Origin: Octopus vulgaris
Taxonomy: Eukaryota
Reading direction: 5' to 3'
DNA length: 64,000 bases
NCBI GenBank assembly: GCA_951406725.2
Contig: OX597816.1
Coordinates: 133,548,001-133,612,000, forward strand
Of the stretch, positions 1 to 64,000 are shown piece after piece. Below the pieces are notes generated by a model. That model was not told the DNA's origin. It saw only the letters and a list, made by a program, of their open reading frames with translations, and did no database searches. Numbering within the stretch: position 1 is the stretch's first letter; every line of letters begins with the position of its first letter. Position numbers and translations under genes: made by a program.

Positions 1-20
1 ATTTTAGCTGTTAATTTAAA

Positions 21-160
21 GTGTGTGTGTGTATGTGTGTATGTATGTCTGTATGTATGTATGTATGTATGTATGTATGTATGTATGTATGTATGTATGC
101 ATGTATGTATGTATGCATGTATGTATGTATGTATGTATGCATGCATCATGTATGTATGTA
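21..160. repeat. (TG)n/(TATG)n microsatellite
   Basis: Directly visible tandem repeat. Confidence 0.95.
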
Positions 161-989
161 TTAACAGTTGATGTTTTAAATCCGCATTATTCAATGTTTC
201 ACATATGTTAAACCATATCTGATTCTTTAGGTCCTTTACATCCAAGTGCAGGGTCTCCAGAATTTTAAAGAAAGTTGATGGATAAATTTCAATCCTGTTA
301 GCTCAGTTCATTTGAGAGATGACTGCTAGGCAACTACTATGTGTTGTACTAGTAGCAGCTGAAAAGGGAATAGCTGTAACTCAATAGATAAAAATAGATC
401 TTTGCTTTCATGAAATATTCCAGTTGAAATTTAAAAGAACCTCACTAAAGATACACTTAAAGTTATGAAACAGTACTATCAATTAATGGTTTCAAATTTA
501 TATGGAGCTATATTGATGAAATGGTATGAATTTTTTGTTTTGTTTTTTTTTAAGAAATATGGCACGCTTTTTCAATATGTGCTGTTTTTCTGAGAGGTAG
601 GGACGGTAGCTATATGTTCTGAGCAAATAAAGAGGGCTCTTGTCAGGCATGCCCCAGATTATGTTGGCTCGGTCATTACTTTGATCTGAAAGTCTTTAAA
701 TAATATGGAATAGAAAGGTGGAATTTTCCCTATTCCCAGTCCTAAAGGACTACATATATTGAGTGAACCAACCCTTGAATTTTCTGGCTGGGAGTGCTGA
801 GTAATTTTGGAAGATACTGTCATTTAGAGAGTGGGTCAACCTATGAAACACTGTCAAGAACAAACTGAATCTCCTCTAAGGACAAATGGATTGATATCGG
901 CAATTGTATGTAGGTGTACAGAATAAAAACTGCATAGCTGTATACTTTTTACTGTTGCAGCATGTGATATTGAAAGTGACATTGTCTTA

Positions 990-1700
990 GTAGGAATGAC
1001 TAATCTTTATATTTATAATATACTTATAAAGTTTGTGATATGTATACTTGGAAAATGGTGTCCAGTGAGGAATAAAATGTTTCTGGCTATCTTCAGAAAG
1101 ACATCTAAGTAAAAAGGAGGATTGAGTCAGGTTTCTCCTCTTCTTAACTCTCTTTAAGAGCTTTCTACTCAATACTGCATAACCACTTGATAGTGAAAGT
1201 GTTGCAATTCTGTTGGACCTATTCATTGACCCTCCTGGTTTCAGAATTGATAGCATCAAGGACAAATTTACTTTACCTAACGCATTTTTAAGAGAGTTAA
1301 TCAGCCTACATTTTGGTTTTATTATTGGAAAGAAAATCAGATTTGTTATCCTAAAGCATGGAGTACCACATGGTCTTCTATTTTTAACAGAGTGGGTTAT
1401 TCTTTTCTTTCTGTGTTTATTTTATTAAACATTGCAATATTAGTTTTTCTATATATTTCGGAGATGAGTTTTGAAGTCACATTTAGCAGCCTGTATATTC
1501 ACTCAGTTTGATACCATAGATTTATATCTTTTAATATCAAAGTCCCTCAATCTGGAAACTTTGGAAGGTAATTCACTTGGATTTGTGGACTAGATTTTAA
1601 AATAGTCATGAATGTTAGGATGTCAATATTATATCACTACAATTCTTACTGAGCCTTCAACTAATGCAGATTTTAGTCACTAACTGTTAATAAAACTGTT
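990..1700 (-). mobile_element. Highly decayed Penelope-like reverse transcriptase remnant
   Basis: Minus-strand fragments such as PNIHDYFKI (cf. PxIYGLPKIHK) and HWTPFS (cf. MGSPLSP); many frameshifts. Confidence 0.35.
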
Positions 1701-1920
1701 CAGTCTCCTCAAAGAGTTGTACAATAATATGTGTATGAAGTTACACACATGCACTCACACACACATACACACATATCCTCTGCATATACATATATGCATT
1801 GTCCTTGAAGCATAATGTGTCTGTACACCATTAATGTACACAACTGGGTCCCTCCTGCCACCCACTTCATATTGACATACCCTCTTTCTTACCATTATCA
1901 CTCCCACTCATATTTACCTA

Positions 1921-2150
1921 TTTCTTTATTACCCACAAGGGGCTAAAGATAGAGGGGACAAACAAGGACAGACATAGGTATTAAGTTGATTACACCGACC
2001 CCAGTGCATAACTGGCACTTAATTTATCAACCCCGAAAGGATGAAAGGCAAAGTCGACCTCGGCGGAATTTGAACTCAGAACGTAACGACAGATGAAATA
2101 CGGCTACGCATTTCGCCCGGCGTGCTAACGTTTCTGCCAGCTCGCCGCCT
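1921..2150 (-). mobile_element. tRNA-derived SINE, family A (B-box GAGTTCAAATTCC, central GCCTTTCATCCTTTCGGGGTCGATAAA domain), full length
   Basis: At least 11 homologous copies in the window; flanking repeat ccactcatatttacc at 1904-1918 and 2159-2173. Confidence 0.85.
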
Positions 2151-2639
2151 GATATTTACCACTCATATTTACCATTGACTGCCTGCATCTCTGTTCAAAA
2201 TTTACATTTACCTCCTATATACATCTAATCACCTTCAGCTGATTTTTATCTCCCACTTGCCACCACTCTTGCAACCTTACTTGCTTGCACACACACAAAC
2301 ACACACACTGATGTCTACCTATGTTAGACATGTTTCCTTGAGGGTACATTCTGGCACCTCTTCAAAGTTTACTGCTCTTTCTGGTACTTCTCTGGCCACC
2401 TCCACCTATGTGAGATAGCTATGAATTTCTACGCGCACACGCACACACACACTTGCACGCAACAAACCAGTCCCTACCCCTCCCATCATACATTACTCTC
2501 TTAACACCTCACGTAAAGCATCTATCTTGTATTCTCCCTTTCAAGCAAGGGGGCTCTATAGTCTTGCAAGTTACAAAATATCCTCACAAATACAGCTGCC
2601 ATGGTAAAACACAGTACCCTGTACACTTTATAAAATGAT

Positions 2640-2782
2640 GGCTATATATAAATATGTGTGTGTGTTGTTTGGGTATTTATGTATATATGTGTATGTGTGT
2701 GTATATATATATATATATATCTATATATGCATGTGTGTGTGTGTACGTATACATACATATATATTGAGAGAGAGAGGGAGGG

Positions 2783-2825
<43 letters not shown>

Positions 2826-2929
2826 GTACATACAAAATTTAATGTAAAATTTGAAAGAGACATTCTACATACAGATATATATATATGTAATGTATGTATG
2901 TATGTATGTATGTATCTATACATACATAC

Positions 2930-2974
<45 letters not shown>

Positions 2975-3080
2975 TATACATACATACAGATATATACACA
3001 CACACATAAAATATATGTAAGTGTATTTCACAAACATGTACTTACTTATTTACATACATTTACATACATGCATATATTCT
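2640..3080. repeat. Compound (TA)n/(TG)n/(AG)n/(TATG)n microsatellite
   Basis: Directly visible. Confidence 0.9.
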
Positions 3081-3347
3081 TTGTGTAATAAATTGACATA
3101 TTAATAGATATTATTAATTATTTACACCAGTGAATTTAGTTTGGCTAAATGACACGAAATGTTTGGAGGCTAACTATAGAATAAAATCACTCATTTCTAC
3201 ACATAAAGACATGATACCAAAATCTACTTACACACATTCATATGCTATTTACTTATCTTCTGTTTTTTCGTTAAGAATACAGAATAAACATTTTTTTTTC
3301 TAATTTCGTATGTTGCAGATAATGTGTTAGTATCAACATTGAATACA

Positions 3348-62950
<59,603 letters not shown>

Positions 62951-64000
62951 CTTCAATGGTAACTTGGGCTTTCAAATATATTTGCATATGAAAGGAATTT
63001 TTTAAAATTCCAATTTAAAATTTCCTATAAACCTTAAGCATTTTATTCAAGCAGATAAAATATATGTAATATGTTGATAGGGATGGGATCTGTGATTTAT
63101 AGAACCTTGACCATTTTGTTACTATATTTCTGCTGAAATAGACTGCCTTTATTTCATTTAATTTCTAAAATGAAAGAATTTACTAAAATAACTTTGTCAT
63201 TATTTATCTGTTCCTTGGAATTAATATGAAATTGTGATGGAAGGTTTCAATTTAAATCACTTTTGAACAGGAAGTTTGTATTATAAGGTAAACTTGGTAT
63301 AATATAACCTTGTGTTGAGGTATCTTTATATACAGAATCTTTAATAAGATCTCTATTTTCAATGAATTCTATCTTTGATAAGACTGAATAACTTAGATCT
63401 AGGGACTGTGAAGAAGACAAAATGTAGCAAAATTTCAGTAGGAATTTCATGGAATTGCATCTTTTTTGTATTAATATAAATAGTAAGAGAAGTATCAGCT
63501 CTGATAATGTACAGCTACTGATCTGCTAAATGGTTCACTTGAGATGTCAGTGATGGTTTGTTTACTCAATGCTATAAAATCAAATTATTTTTGACTCACA
63601 AAATAAGGTTCTTTGAATCTTCTGATATGAACTTAAATATATCTGTCAACATCTGTAATTTTGAGCTATTATTAGCTCTGCACCCTTTCCTTATAAACAT
63701 TACTCAGTGGAGCTAGGAAATTATGGAAACAATTTCTATGATATAATGAGTTTCATGCAGAAAGAATCCTGATATGCAGGCTTTTCTAAATCTATTTTTA
63801 AGTTTGTTAGCTTTTTCTTTTTTTTTAATATATGCATTACTTTATTAATAGATAATGTATGGAACAACCCAACCAAAATATCCTTCCCGTTTATTCAGCA
63901 GATTTTGAGAAGAGGCTGCAATTAATACCAACTGGGTGATGATGCAGCCTTCTCTGTTACCTACTGTCAGATCTTGGAAGTTTCATTGGGCTGTATGTAA

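Noticed and set aside
231-600. Possible upstream exon after ttctttag at 230
   Set aside because: No convincing donor, no phase link and no PARP8 similarity.
23-3088. ORFs such as MCVYVCMY... and YIYIYI...
   Set aside because: Translations of (TA)n/(TG)n/(TATG)n microsatellites; the same applies near 7.4, 18.5, 30.5, 36.1 and 57.2 kb.

Overview
AT-rich, microsatellite-laden metazoan DNA whose SINE families point to a cephalopod, probably Octopus (inference). Almost the whole window is one + strand gene encoding a PARP6/PARP8-family mono-ADP-ribosyltransferase. I reconstructed 18 GT-AG exons by hand (3319-62950); the phases join into one frame, giving 706 aa from ATG 3348. The introns hold decayed mobile DNA: tRNA-derived SINEs (several with TSDs), an RTE LINE with a PHD-like finger inside ORF2, R4/Dong LINEs in (TAA)n tracts, Penelope-like remnants, Tc1/mariner elements of the DD34D, DD37D and rosa types, pogo and hAT remnants, and piggyBac-type MITEs. 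The most unusual signals are five degenerate Penelope-type hammerhead motifs all antisense to the gene, a Penelope element with an inverted pseudo-LTR, and a ~290-bp near-perfect palindrome. I found no intact novel multi-gene system. Most ORF-track entries are microsatellite artefacts. Repeat boundaries are approximate and family names come from motif recognition, not database searches.
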